Shown here: piece by piece, positions 34,266 through 43,114 of the stretch
Layout of the letters: every line of letters begins with the position of its first letter
How positions within the stretch are numbered: position 1 is the first letter of the stretch
DNA from: an uncultured Negativicutes bacterium
GTDB lineage: Bacteria; Bacillota; Negativicutes; Veillonellales; Megasphaeraceae
DNA length: 64,000 bases
Assembly: GCA_900752195.1 (NCBI GenBank)
Contig: CAADUJ010000007.1
Location: forward strand, 203,716-267,715
Direction of reading: 5' to 3'
Position numbers and translations under genes: made by a program
Notes under the pieces: generated by a model
The model's database searches: none
Seen by the model: the letters and a program-made list of their open reading frames with translations, nothing else
What the model was told of the DNA's origin: nothing

Positions 34266-35879
34266 TTATTCTTCTTCTGTATCTTCTATGACAAGTTCGT
34301 CTGGTGTCGTACAGAACGTAAATTCCGGGTTGCGTTCGACAATCCAGTTGGCTTGCCATTCGTTGGCAATGAGAAGAACGACGCGTTGCTTATGGTCTTT
34401 TACAATCATAGCGCTGTCAATGTTCTTCAAATCCTTATAATCGTGGCCGTTCGTCTGAATCCAGCGGGCTACTGAGAAGGGGAGGGAATTGATTTCCAAA
34501 TCGACGCCATATTCATGCTTCAACCGGTATTCCAACACTTCAAATTGCAACTGGCCGACGGCGCCGACGATGTAGCTTTCCATGGAACCGAGGTTTTCGT
34601 AAATCTGTACCGCCCCTTCCTGTGCTAGCTGGGTCATGCCTTTGAGGAACTGTTTTCTTTTCATTGAATCTTTGGCGCGAATGCGGGCAAACAATTCCGG
34701 CGGGAATGTAGGGAAGTCCGAGAAGGTTACTTTCTTCTTGCCTTCATAAAGCGTATCTCCTACGCCGAGTGTGCCGTTATCAAAGATACCGATAATGTCT
34801 CCCGGGTAGGCATCTTCGACGATTTTCCGTTCTTCCGCCATAAACTGTTGGGGCTGCATGAGGCGTAAGGTCTTTCCTGATTGCCGATGGGTGACAGACA
34901 TACCCTTTTCGAATTTTCCCGAGCAGATTCGCATGAAGACGATGCGGTCGTGATGTTGGGGATTCATGTTGGCCTGAATTTTGAACACAAAGGATGTAAA
35001 GCGGTCATCTGTCGGTTCGATAATGCCTTCGGCACAGCTCCGAGGTTGTGGTTCTGGGGCGAGTTCGAGGAATTTTTCCAAAAAAGGTTTTACGCCAAAG
35101 TTCGTCATCGCTGAACCGAAGAACATCGGTGTCAGTTCGCCTCGCGTCACTTTATCCATGCTGAAATCTTCGCCAGCCATATCGAGGAGCTCAATGTCGT
35201 CTATAAGACCCTGATGGACATCTTCATCGAGGAGTTCCTTGAAAATAGGATCATCAGCAGAGCCTTTTGTCGAAGCTAGTTTCCGTTGGCCGTGGGTCGT
35301 ATCTTTTTCAAAGAGTTCGATAGACGACGTGGCTCTATCATAAATCCCCTGATAATTCCCGTTTAAGCCAATAGGCCAATTCATAGGATAGGCGCGGATG
35401 CCGAGTGTTTTTTCGATTTCATCCATCAGATCGAATGGATTTCGGCCAAAGTGGTCTATTTTGTTGACAAAGGTAAAGATGGGGATGCCCCGTTCCTTAC
35501 AAACACGGAAAAGTTTCTTTGTCTGTGCTTCAACGCCCTTTGCCACGTCAATAAGCATGACAGCACTGTCGGCAGCCATGAGTGTACGATACGTATCTTC
35601 ACTGAAATCCTGATGTCCTGGTGTATCGAGGATATTGATATGATGGCCTTGGTAATCGAATTCCAATACGGAACTCGTAACAGAAATACCACGCTGCTTT
35701 TCGATTTCCATCCAGTCCGATACGGCATGTTTAGCCGTTTTTCTGGCTTTTACAGAACCAGCAAGATGTATGGCACCTCCATACAGGAGAAGCTTTTCAG
35801 TAAGTGTCGTCTTACCAGCATCAGGGTGGGAGATGATGGCAAAGGTCCGGCGTTTTTTTACTTCATCAACTAATGACAT
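34266..35879 (-). CDS. prfC: peptide chain release factor 3 (GTPase)
   Basis: G1 motif AIISHPDAGKTT, DTPGH, NKID. Start at the ATG at 35879 with GAGGTG RBS. The longer ORF extension lacks an RBS. Confidence 0.9.
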   Translation of the reverse strand: MSLVDEVKKRRTFAIISHPDAGKTTLTEKLLLYGGAIHLAGSVKARKTAKHAVSDWMEIEKQRGISVTSSVLEFDYQGHHINILDTPGHQDFSEDTYRTLMAADSAVMLIDVAKGVEAQTKKLFRVCKERGIPIFTFVNKIDHFGRNPFDLMDEIEKTLGIRAYPMNWPIGLNGNYQGIYDRATSSIELFEKDTTHGQRKLASTKGSADDPIFKELLDEDVHQGLIDDIELLDMAGEDFSMDKVTRGELTPMFFGSAMTNFGVKPFLEKFLELAPEPQPRSCAEGIIEPTDDRFTSFVFKIQANMNPQHHDRIVFMRICSGKFEKGMSVTHRQSGKTLRLMQPQQFMAEERKIVEDAYPGDIIGIFDNGTLGVGDTLYEGKKKVTFSDFPTFPPELFARIRAKDSMKRKQFLKGMTQLAQEGAVQIYENLGSMESYIVGAVGQLQFEVLEYRLKHEYGVDLEINSLPFSVARWIQTNGHDYKDLKNIDSAMIVKDHKQRVVLLIANEWQANWIVERNPEFTFCTTPDELVIEDTEEE

Positions 35880-35936
35880 GATGCACCTCATTACTATTCG
35901 TCTATTAAAAATACAGTACATATTATTATACAAATA

Positions 35937-36152
35937 ATGGGGTGTCAGTGCAAGGGTATTGGGAGGCGAGAGTGGGAATTATGGTTGTGAGTTGCCCTAT
36001 GGACTCGTCGCCGTTGTTGCCATGCCCTGCTTGTATACGTTAGCCGCAAGGCACGAATGCCCTATAAAAAGGGACACGGGCTGATATGTACTCTCCTCAC
36101 TGGATGCCCAGTAAAGAGGGTACATATCAAAATGCTCTCTTTTTTATTTGCC
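35937..36152 (+). ncRNA. candidate structured small RNA or leader of unknown class in a ~500-nt gene-free interval (very tentative)
   Basis: No ORF of 60 aa or more on either strand across 35934..36451. A 10-bp stem tgatatgtac / gtacatatca (about 36084-36132) is followed by a U-rich tract ctcttttttatttg. The upstream sequence is GC-rich (ggggtgtcagtgcaagggtattgggagg...). An AT-rich promoter-like sequence lies at 35898-35932. Confidence 0.2.
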
Positions 36153-36361
36153 CTATTGAAGAAAGTCGCTCATGACGTAAATCAATGGCAGGTATGGTGA
36201 TTTCATTGACGGTATCGTCTGCCGGCGTTCTTACGCCACCTGCTAACGCGCATTTTTTCCTGCTCACCAAGGGATCCAGAAACACCGATAAAACGTGAGC
36301 TCCTCAGCCAGGTGAACGCCTTAGCTGTCGACAAGGTCGGCCTTAACATACGATGCATATA

Positions 36362-36405
36362 TTTCTGTTGTAACTATTGACGCTACAACAGAAATATGGT
36401 ATAAC
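36362..36405 (+). promoter_or_regulatory. sigma-A-type promoter (TTGACG-17-TATAAC) overlapped by an 11-bp perfect inverted repeat (candidate operator)
   Basis: -35 TTGACG at 36377-36382, a 17-nt spacer, then -10 TATAAC at 36400-36405. The perfect inverted repeat tttctgttgta (36362-36372) / tacaacagaaa (36384-36394) brackets the -35 element. Confidence 0.45.
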
Positions 36406-36451
36406 TAATACACGCATGATGTATACATGATGACTACAACAAAAGGGATGT

Positions 36452-37069
36452 ATGGATATGACGATTCATGAGTGCTTGCAGTTTTTACGGGTTAGTAAGG
36501 AGGTAGCTTTTGCGACGGTGGATGAGAATGGATTTCCTCAGGTACGCGTTATTGATATTATGATAGTAGAAGGCGATAGGGCATATTTTTGTACGGCCAG
36601 GGGAAAAGATTTTTATAGACAGCTCGTTGCAATGAATCGGGTGGCTATTACCGGTTTGAATGCAGCCTATCAATCTGTCCGTGTCATGGGAACCGTTGAA
36701 AAGGTAAAAGATCAGGCGCATTGGATCAATCGGATTTTTGATGAAAATCCTTCTATGAACAGCGTCTATCCCGGCGAAAGCCGTCATATTTTAGAGGTTT
36801 TTTCCGTGCATGTTGAAGAGGTGGAATTTTTCGATTTAGGCAAGAAACGAATATATCGGGAATCCCTTCGTACAGGGAATCAAATTCCTCTAAAGGGATT
36901 TTGTATCACCTCTTCTTGTATCGGTTGTGGAACGTGTGCCAATGCATGTCCTCAACAGTGTATACGCTTAGGCATGCCATATGCTATCATGCAAGAACAT
37001 TGTCTCCATTGCGGACTTTGTGTGGAAGTGTGCCCCGTTCAGGCTGTCGAAAGGAGAGGGAAGCGATGA
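36452..37069 (+). CDS. pyridoxamine-5'-phosphate-oxidase-like FMN-binding domain fused to a 2x[4Fe-4S] ferredoxin domain
   Basis: N-terminal about 130 aa has a split-barrel FMN-binding-like fold. C-terminus has CIGCGTCANACP...CLHCGLCVEVCP. The stop overlaps the next start (ATGA). Confidence 0.6.
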   Translation: MDMTIHECLQFLRVSKEVAFATVDENGFPQVRVIDIMIVEGDRAYFCTARGKDFYRQLVAMNRVAITGLNAAYQSVRVMGTVEKVKDQAHWINRIFDENPSMNSVYPGESRHILEVFSVHVEEVEFFDLGKKRIYRESLRTGNQIPLKGFCITSSCIGCGTCANACPQQCIRLGMPYAIMQEHCLHCGLCVEVCPVQAVERRGKR

Positions 37070-38604
37070 TTCAGGATATGTGGACCGTATTGGTTAATCG
37101 GCATGACTTCTTTACAGGCCTTTTGGTTGAGCATCTGGAGATTTCCATCATTGCCATTGTCGTTGCCATCATCGTTGGTGGTTTCGTAGGCATCCTGATT
37201 AGTGAATATGAAAGCGCCGTGAAGCCAACCCTCGGCGTAATCAATTTTTTATACACCATTCCATCTATTTCTATGCTTGGCTTCTTGATTCCCTTTTCTG
37301 GCGTAGGGAATGCGACGGCTGTCATTGCGCTCACGGTGTATGCCCTCCTTCCGATGGTACGGAACACGCATACCGGTATATCAACTATTGCCCCGGTCAT
37401 GTTAGAGGCGGCAAAAGGAATGGGGAGTACGAGAATGCAGATTCTCTTGAAGATAAAAATTCCTCTGGCCATGCCTGTTATCATGACGGGGATTCGTAAT
37501 ATGGTCACCATGACGATTGCCCTTGCCGGTATTGCCTCGTTTATCGGTGCCGGTGGCTTAGGTGTGGCAATCTATCGGGGCATTACGACTAATAATGCCG
37601 CTATGACCATGGCAGGGAGCGTATTGATAGCTCTCTTGGCATTGCTTGTAGATTTCTTACTGGGCTTTGTAGAAAAGAGACTTCGAATACGGAATGAAAA
37701 AGCAAAACGGGCCAACAAAATCGGTGCAATAGCCGTTCTGGTCATAGTGAGTCTCATGGCCATCGGTTCTATGTGGAACAGTCAGCCCCATGATACCATC
37801 CATATCGCGACAAAGCCTATGACAGAGCAGTATATCCTCGGAGAAATGCTGGATATGGTGATTGAAGAAGAAACGGGTTTACACGTTGAACTAACACAAG
37901 GTGTAGGCGGAGGCACGTCTAACATTCAGCCAGCCATGGAAAAAGGCGAATTCGATATGTATCCCGAGTATACTGGTACGGCCTGGAATATGGTACTGAA
38001 AGAAAGCGGGGCCTATCAGGAAGATGAATTTCCTGCGCTTAAAAAAAGATACCAATCAGACTATGACATGCAATGGGTCGGCATGTATGGCTTTAATAAC
38101 ACCTATGGCATCGCCGTTCGACGGGATATTGCAGAGAAGTACCAGTTACGGACCTATTCGGATTTGAAAAGATGTGCCAATGGACTCACCTTTGGCGCCG
38201 AGTACGATTTTTATCAGCGTGAAGATGGATACGATGCATTGTGCAAGGCCTATGGCTTTCACTTTGGACATACCATGGATATGGATATAGGTCTTAAGTA
38301 TCAGGCATTGAAGCAGAAACAGATTGACGTCATGATTATCTTTACGACAGACGGCCAGCTTGAAGACCCGGATATCGTCGTCTTAGACGATGATTTGCAC
38401 TTTTTCCCATCCTATCGCTGCGGCAATGTCGTGCGGGGAGATGTTCTCCGAAAGCATGCTGAACTAAAGCCCGTATTAGAGAAGTTGACGGGACTCATTT
38501 CCGATAGGGATATGGCGAAGATGAACTATCAAGTAGAAACGGAAGGAAAAGAACCACGCCAGGTGGCACGGGAATATTTACAGTCCCATGGAATCTTACA
38601 GTAG
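37066..38604 (+). CDS. glycine betaine/choline/carnitine-type ABC transporter: fused permease + substrate-binding protein (OpuABC/BusAB-like)
   Basis: N-terminal 6-TM permease with EAA-like loop (MLEAAKGMGSTRMQILLKIKIPLA). C-terminal OpuAC-type binding domain. ATG at 37066 preceded by AAAGGAGAGGG. The ORF-track extension back to 36901 is out of context. Confidence 0.8.
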   Translation: MIQDMWTVLVNRHDFFTGLLVEHLEISIIAIVVAIIVGGFVGILISEYESAVKPTLGVINFLYTIPSISMLGFLIPFSGVGNATAVIALTVYALLPMVRNTHTGISTIAPVMLEAAKGMGSTRMQILLKIKIPLAMPVIMTGIRNMVTMTIALAGIASFIGAGGLGVAIYRGITTNNAAMTMAGSVLIALLALLVDFLLGFVEKRLRIRNEKAKRANKIGAIAVLVIVSLMAIGSMWNSQPHDTIHIATKPMTEQYILGEMLDMVIEEETGLHVELTQGVGGGTSNIQPAMEKGEFDMYPEYTGTAWNMVLKESGAYQEDEFPALKKRYQSDYDMQWVGMYGFNNTYGIAVRRDIAEKYQLRTYSDLKRCANGLTFGAEYDFYQREDGYDALCKAYGFHFGHTMDMDIGLKYQALKQKQIDVMIIFTTDGQLEDPDIVVLDDDLHFFPSYRCGNVVRGDVLRKHAELKPVLEKLTGLISDRDMAKMNYQVETEGKEPRQVAREYLQSHGILQ

Positions 38605-38613
38605 GAGAACGTT

Positions 38614-39423
38614 ATGGAAAAGGTCATAGAATTTCACGATATTACCAAGGTATATGGCGATACGACGGTTATTGCTCATATGAACCTCGTTATCCATAAA
38701 GGTGAATTTATAACCATCATCGGCTCTTCAGGTGGTGGAAAAACGACAGTCTTGAAAATGGTCAATGGCTTGATTGAGCCTACATCGGGAGATATTCTGG
38801 TACAGGGAAGACCTATCCGAGATTGTAATCAAACTGAGTTGCGCCGTCATATAGGGTATGCCATTCAGGGGAGTGTCCTCTTTCCCCATATGACTGTCGA
38901 AGAAAATATAGCCTACGTGCCCAATCTGATCCATAAGGGAAATGTGGAAAAAACGAAACAGGCTGTACATACGTGGATGAAGATGGTAGGATTAGAAATG
39001 GAACTGTTGCATCGGTATCCGGCAGAGCTTTCAGGTGGGCAACAACAGCGTGTGGGAATTGCTCGGGCCATGGCGGCATCGCCAGAAATCGTCCTCATGG
39101 ATGAACCTTTTGGTGCTGTAGATGAAATTACCAGATCCTATTTGCAGGATGAAATTTTACGCATACATAAGGAAACGGGCATTACCATCCTCTTTGTTAC
39201 CCATGATATTATTGAAGCCTTGAAACTTGGGTCTAAGGTATTAGTGATCGATAGAGGACAAATCCAGCAGTTTGGTACACCGGAAGAAATCATAAGGGAA
39301 CCGAAGACGGATTTTGTAAAAAGGCTTGTCGAAAGAGAGCGCCGCCGATGCTACATACCGGAAGAAAGACTTGGGTCCTGTGGCTATAGCGGAGTAAGCC
39401 GACCAAGAATTGAAGAGGAGTGA
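38614..39423 (+). CDS. ABC transporter ATP-binding protein (OpuAA-like but without C-terminal CBS domains)
   Basis: Walker A GSSGGGKTT, signature LSGGQQQRV, Walker B LMDEPF. Only 269 aa, with no CBS pair. Confidence 0.85.
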   Translation: MEKVIEFHDITKVYGDTTVIAHMNLVIHKGEFITIIGSSGGGKTTVLKMVNGLIEPTSGDILVQGRPIRDCNQTELRRHIGYAIQGSVLFPHMTVEENIAYVPNLIHKGNVEKTKQAVHTWMKMVGLEMELLHRYPAELSGGQQQRVGIARAMAASPEIVLMDEPFGAVDEITRSYLQDEILRIHKETGITILFVTHDIIEALKLGSKVLVIDRGQIQQFGTPEEIIREPKTDFVKRLVERERRRCYIPEERLGSCGYSGVSRPRIEEE

Positions 39424-39430
39424 ACCATGG

Positions 39431-39871
39431 ATGCAAATATCGAGCAGATTTACCATCGCTGTCCATATACTGGCTTGCATCGAATACTTTGGCAACGACT
39501 ATAAAATTACGAGTGAGTTTTTGGCAGGGAGTATCGGAATCAATCCTGTCAATGTCCGAAAAATTCTGCAACGTCTGTCGGCGGCAGGCATCCTTACGGT
39601 AAAACGTGGCTCCGGCGGCATTACCGTCAATAAGGACTATTCAGAAATTTCCTTATATGAGTTGTTTGTTGCCGTCGAAAGCCTGGAGAATCAGAAGCTG
39701 TTCCACTTCCATGAACATCCTAACGGAGCATGTCCTGTAGGAGGTACTATCCATCGTGCCCTTGATGGAAAATTGGATGAAGTGCAAACTGTGATGGAAG
39801 AGAAACTCAAATCTATCAGAGTCTCGGATATTACCAAGGAAATCCATCTTGCCAACGCGAAGAAGACGTGA
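39431..39871 (+). CDS. Rrf2-family transcriptional regulator
   Basis: Rrf2 wHTH (MQISSRFTIAVHILACIEYFGNDYKITSEFLAGSIGINPVNVRKILQRLSAAGIL). A single Cys in the C-terminal half. The ORF track starts at TTG 39410; the ATG at 39431 is more plausible. Confidence 0.75.
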   Translation: MQISSRFTIAVHILACIEYFGNDYKITSEFLAGSIGINPVNVRKILQRLSAAGILTVKRGSGGITVNKDYSEISLYELFVAVESLENQKLFHFHEHPNGACPVGGTIHRALDGKLDEVQTVMEEKLKSIRVSDITKEIHLANAKKT

Positions 39872-40061
39872 GTTTTAAAGGACCTACTCTCATTGATAGC
39901 CATTAGATGGAGATTCCCTGTCGATAGAGGCGGGCTCACGATGTCTGAGGTATCTGCTTGTTGAACGTATATCTGTAACAAACAGGATGACAAAAAAATA
40001 CAATGAAAAACATTGAAAATGTTTAAAAACAGTAAATAATACAGTGAATACAAAATAATAA

Positions 40062-40103
40062 AAAGCGATGAAGCTTTTTTGCATGGTTTCATCGCTTTTT
40101 CCT
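40062..40103. terminator. bidirectional rho-independent terminator
   Basis: Stem aaagcgatgaa / ttcatcgcttt flanked by T-runs. Confidence 0.5.
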
Positions 40104-40388
40104 TTTGTATTTATATCGGTGCTATCTCCGTGTGTATTGTTGGCAAGAAATATGACGTTCCTCATAAAGAGTATTGCCCTGGGAAAAGAAAAATGGGGAG
40201 TACCGAAACAAGAAGAATGGATTCCGACGAATTTTATCCGCTGATGGGAGATATACGCTCTGCCTGTGACGCCTGTACGCTATTGAAGTAGTCTTTATAT
40301 CAAGAAGAAAGACTGGAAATAGATATTCTTTTATGATATAATGATAACAAATATTAATTACAGCAGAGTAAAAAGGAGTGAAGGCAGA

Positions 40389-40838
40389 GTGAAAAAATGG
40401 ACAACGCTTGCTTCGGCAATGGTATTGACACTGGCTGCTTCGGCCGCATTCGCATATGTACCGCAGGATTCGGTTAATTTAGGTGGCATTGGCTATGGTA
40501 CAGATGGTTCATATGTACAGCAAATATACGGCGCACCGACGGAGATAGATCGGGAACATGCATCGGCAGTAGAATTTGAATATGGTGATTCTGTATCCAT
40601 CCATTTGTCAGACAACAGGGTGTATCGTGTAGAGGTTTCCGCTAATAATGGTTGGCAGACGCCAGAAGGTGTGCATGTAGGTATGGCTGCCTCGGCCGTG
40701 GAGGAAACCTATGGCCCTGCCGATGTCGTCCGTGGAGATACGCTCATCTATACTGTTGCAGGTGCAGCCGATCTTGGCATGGAGTTTGAAATTGAAAATG
40801 GTAAAATCGAAGAAATAGAAATAGGAAAGATTCACTGA
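40389..40838 (+). CDS. small exported protein of unknown function
   Basis: GTG start at 40389 after AAAAGGAGTG. Signal peptide VKKWTTLASAMVLTLAASAAFA. Acidic mature protein rich in Gly, Val and Glu. Confidence 0.45.
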   Translation: MKKWTTLASAMVLTLAASAAFAYVPQDSVNLGGIGYGTDGSYVQQIYGAPTEIDREHASAVEFEYGDSVSIHLSDNRVYRVEVSANNGWQTPEGVHVGMAASAVEETYGPADVVRGDTLIYTVAGAADLGMEFEIENGKIEEIEIGKIH

Positions 40839-40842
40839 TTCC

Positions 40843-40877
40843 AAAAAAAGACTGCCTATAAGGCAGTCTTTTTTTGC
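40843..40877. terminator. bidirectional rho-independent terminator
   Basis: Stem agactgcct / aggcagtct with an A-run upstream and a T-run downstream. Confidence 0.55.
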
Positions 40878-40965
40878 TTGACTGGGTCCTGCGCATCCTC
40901 AGATGAGGCGTTACTTTTTCTGTCTCAGGGCATTGAAAATCGATACGGCAAGTGAATGGTGTTCA

Positions 40966-41673
40966 TTATTTTGTCAGTTCATGACTAGCTGTTACGAGTC
41001 GTTGGATAACCTCATCTGTTACTGTATCGTCTAATACGATGGAAATCCAGTTCTTATGGTTCATATGATAGGCTGGATATACGCCTGGGATGCGGCGTAT
41101 ATCGTCCCCTTGGGCTACATCTATTTTTACGTTCATAATATCTACGGCTGCCGTGTCATCTCCGTCCTTACCAACAACTTTTCTGGGGACATTCAGTATG
41201 AGGGCGAACCACTTTTTATTGGCAACGTGGCGAAAGACACCATACGCCTGATAGGGCGTTGCTTTTTTCGCTGGATGACTCCATGGAAAATCTGGTAATA
41301 CTTGATACGTAACACGAATATATTCTGTCATACGATTTGCCTGATCGGATGCAAACAGAACATCGTCACAGCAAGACGCTGCAATTTGGCAAAGCCAGTT
41401 TTCATAAGCTGCGCGAACTGTTCTTACATAGGTTCCAACGGCGCTTTGTTGCCTCAGTGGTGCATATTCGTCATCAGTCATCTTGTCGATAACCGTTCCT
41501 TTGACAACGCCAGCGGCGGAAACAGATAGGATTGCCTGAAAGTCACCAGAGAGGAAGGTACCCGTATAGGAGTAATCATCCCCAGCTTTTTGAAATCCAT
41601 AGGCTATCATGTGCGCCGGGTTCCAGCGTTTTTTTGAAAATATCGTTTCTTCTATCTGTTGCATGCAATTCAT
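40966..41673 (-). CDS. MmcQ/YjbR-family protein with an additional N-terminal domain of unknown function
   Basis: C-terminal about 110 aa resembles the YjbR/MmcQ family (ANKKWFALILNVPRK...NWISIVLDD). N-terminal about 120 aa is uncharacterized. Confidence 0.5.
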   Translation of the reverse strand: MNCMQQIEETIFSKKRWNPAHMIAYGFQKAGDDYSYTGTFLSGDFQAILSVSAAGVVKGTVIDKMTDDEYAPLRQQSAVGTYVRTVRAAYENWLCQIAASCCDDVLFASDQANRMTEYIRVTYQVLPDFPWSHPAKKATPYQAYGVFRHVANKKWFALILNVPRKVVGKDGDDTAAVDIMNVKIDVAQGDDIRRIPGVYPAYHMNHKNWISIVLDDTVTDEVIQRLVTASHELTK

Positions 41674-41975
41674 CTCCCGTTATGAAGGTATAGTTTTTAT
41701 TGTACCGTGTTTTTTCTTTTTTGCAATGATCGGGATTAGGCGATGTAGATGTATTTCTCTACAGCTGTACGAAGCACAGAGGATGGGGCCTGCGTATTTG
41801 GCATGGCTTGTGGTATTGTGAGTCGTGGCGTTTTCAAATATAGTTGGAGTACACCATATTGACTTATAGTGCGGTCTAAGTGGTAGAATAAAAATGTAAC
41901 TATCCAGGAGAAGAGAAGCCTGATGGCTTCCGCTGGATAATAGTATCTGACAGAAGGTATAAGGAGGTTATACAT

Positions 41976-42536
41976 ATGAGTATAGAATTTAAAGGAAATC
42001 AGGCTTGTATTGCACCTGAAGGCGTATTCATTATTGGCACGTATGATGAACACGGCGTTCCCAATGCGATGAATGCGGCTTGGGGTGCACAATCCAATTA
42101 TGGTGAAATCACATTGTTCCTGGCTGCACATAAGACGACAGAAAATATTAAGCACACCAAGGCCTTTACTGTCGCCTTTGCCACGAAAGATACCGTTGAA
42201 ATTGCCGATTATTTTGGCGTCGAATCAGGGAATAAAGTCAATAAAATCGAAAAAGCTGGCTGCCATGTTCATAGGAGTGCCCATGTGAATGCCCCAATTA
42301 TTGAAGAATTTCCTGTTACGTTGGAATGTGAATGCGTCAGCTATGATGATGAAACGGGCATTTTAGTAGGAAAAATCGTAGCACAGCAAGCGGCAGAATC
42401 GGTAGTGACCGACGGTGTTGTCGACTACGATAAACTTCAGCCTATCATCTTTGATATTGCCACTAAGACCTATCGTGTCATCGGCCCTGTCGTTGGAAAA
42501 GCTTTTCATGATGGCTTACGGATTGCCCGTGCATAA
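41976..42536 (+). CDS. flavin reductase-like (NADH:FMN oxidoreductase RutF/HpaC-type) domain protein
   Basis: 186 aa; the GVFIIGTYDEHGVPNAMNAAWGAQSNYGEITLFLAAHKTTENIK pattern typical of flavin-reductase-like split barrels. Confidence 0.7.
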   Translation: MSIEFKGNQACIAPEGVFIIGTYDEHGVPNAMNAAWGAQSNYGEITLFLAAHKTTENIKHTKAFTVAFATKDTVEIADYFGVESGNKVNKIEKAGCHVHRSAHVNAPIIEEFPVTLECECVSYDDETGILVGKIVAQQAAESVVTDGVVDYDKLQPIIFDIATKTYRVIGPVVGKAFHDGLRIARA

Positions 42537-42691
42537 GACATATCTTTTTGGGGGACCAAGAGGGCAACGCACGTCCTCGGTCAGCTGTCGTAGCGACTCA
42601 GTTGCCGTCGAAAGGCGGCACTCAGCCGCAGTGATAGCCACATATATCCTTCACAAATTGTTTGACTTTTTTCTATAATGTATTGTATCCT

Positions 42692-42716
42692 ATACATAGA
42701 AAAAATTCTATATATA
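42692..42716 (+). promoter_or_regulatory. candidate ArsR operator copy 1 (ATACATAGAAAAAATTCTATATA) just upstream of arsR
   Basis: Contains the perfect dyad ATAGAA-N4-TTCTAT (42696..42711). Near-identical to the motif upstream of arsD. A TTGACT/TATAAT-like promoter lies at 42662-42680. Confidence 0.35.
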
Positions 42717-42725
42717 GGAGTAAAA

Positions 42726-43049
42726 ATGGAATCGGTATATCTTGAAACGTCAAAAATCTTAAAGGCTATAGCAGATCCGAAGCGGTTGAAAATAGTGGAT
42801 ATGTTGTCTTGTGGGGAATTATGCGCCTGCAAGATCTTGGAAGCATTTCACATCACGCAGCCAACGTTGTCCCATGATATGAAGGTATTACTTGCTGCTG
42901 GCGTAGTCCAGGATCGTAGGGAAGGAAAGAATATATATTATTCGTTGCGTAAAGACCGACTGTCTTCCTTTGAAACAATTTTGCATATGTTGCTGTCCGA
43001 AAAAGAGGATTGCATATGCCACCAATGCCGTTCTGAATGTGACGAATAA
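42726..43049 (+). CDS. arsR: ArsR/SmtB-family arsenite-responsive repressor
   Basis: ELCACKILE metal-binding motif in the HTH region and the conserved ITQPTLSHDMKVL. Extra C-terminal CxCxxCxxxC tail. ATG at 42726 after TAGGAG. Confidence 0.85.
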   Translation: MESVYLETSKILKAIADPKRLKIVDMLSCGELCACKILEAFHITQPTLSHDMKVLLAAGVVQDRREGKNIYYSLRKDRLSSFETILHMLLSEKEDCICHQCRSECDE

Positions 43050-43092
43050 CTTCCGATGTATGCCATGGTATGCATCGGTTTTTATCGGCTTA

Positions 43093-43114
43093 ATACATAG
43101 AAAAAAATCTATAT
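43093..43114 (+). promoter_or_regulatory. candidate ArsR operator copy 2 (ATACATAGAAAAAAATCTATAT) upstream of arsD
   Basis: Shares 20 of 22 positions with copy 1. Sits about 18 nt before the arsD RBS. Confidence 0.3.

Noticed and set aside
35880-36451. tmRNA, RNase P RNA, SRP RNA, T-box or c-di-AMP riboswitch in the prfC/transporter intergenic region
   Set aside because: None of the conserved cores is present (tmRNA 5'-GGGGCUGAU / 3'-CCA tag region, RNase P AGGAAAGUCCGG, SRP GGAAGCAGCCA, T-box AGGGUGGNACCGCG). The downstream operon's promoter lies only ~45 nt from the start codon, leaving no room for a riboswitch.
36901-37065. N-terminal extension of the ABC permease/SBP ORF back to 36901
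   Set aside because: It overlaps the ferredoxin-domain coding region in another frame. The ATG at 37066 has a strong RBS and gives a canonical permease N-terminus.
40079-40291. 70-aa + strand ORF in the 39.9-40.3 kb intergenic region
   Set aside because: It starts inside a terminator hairpin, has no RBS, and is an AT-rich low-complexity sequence.
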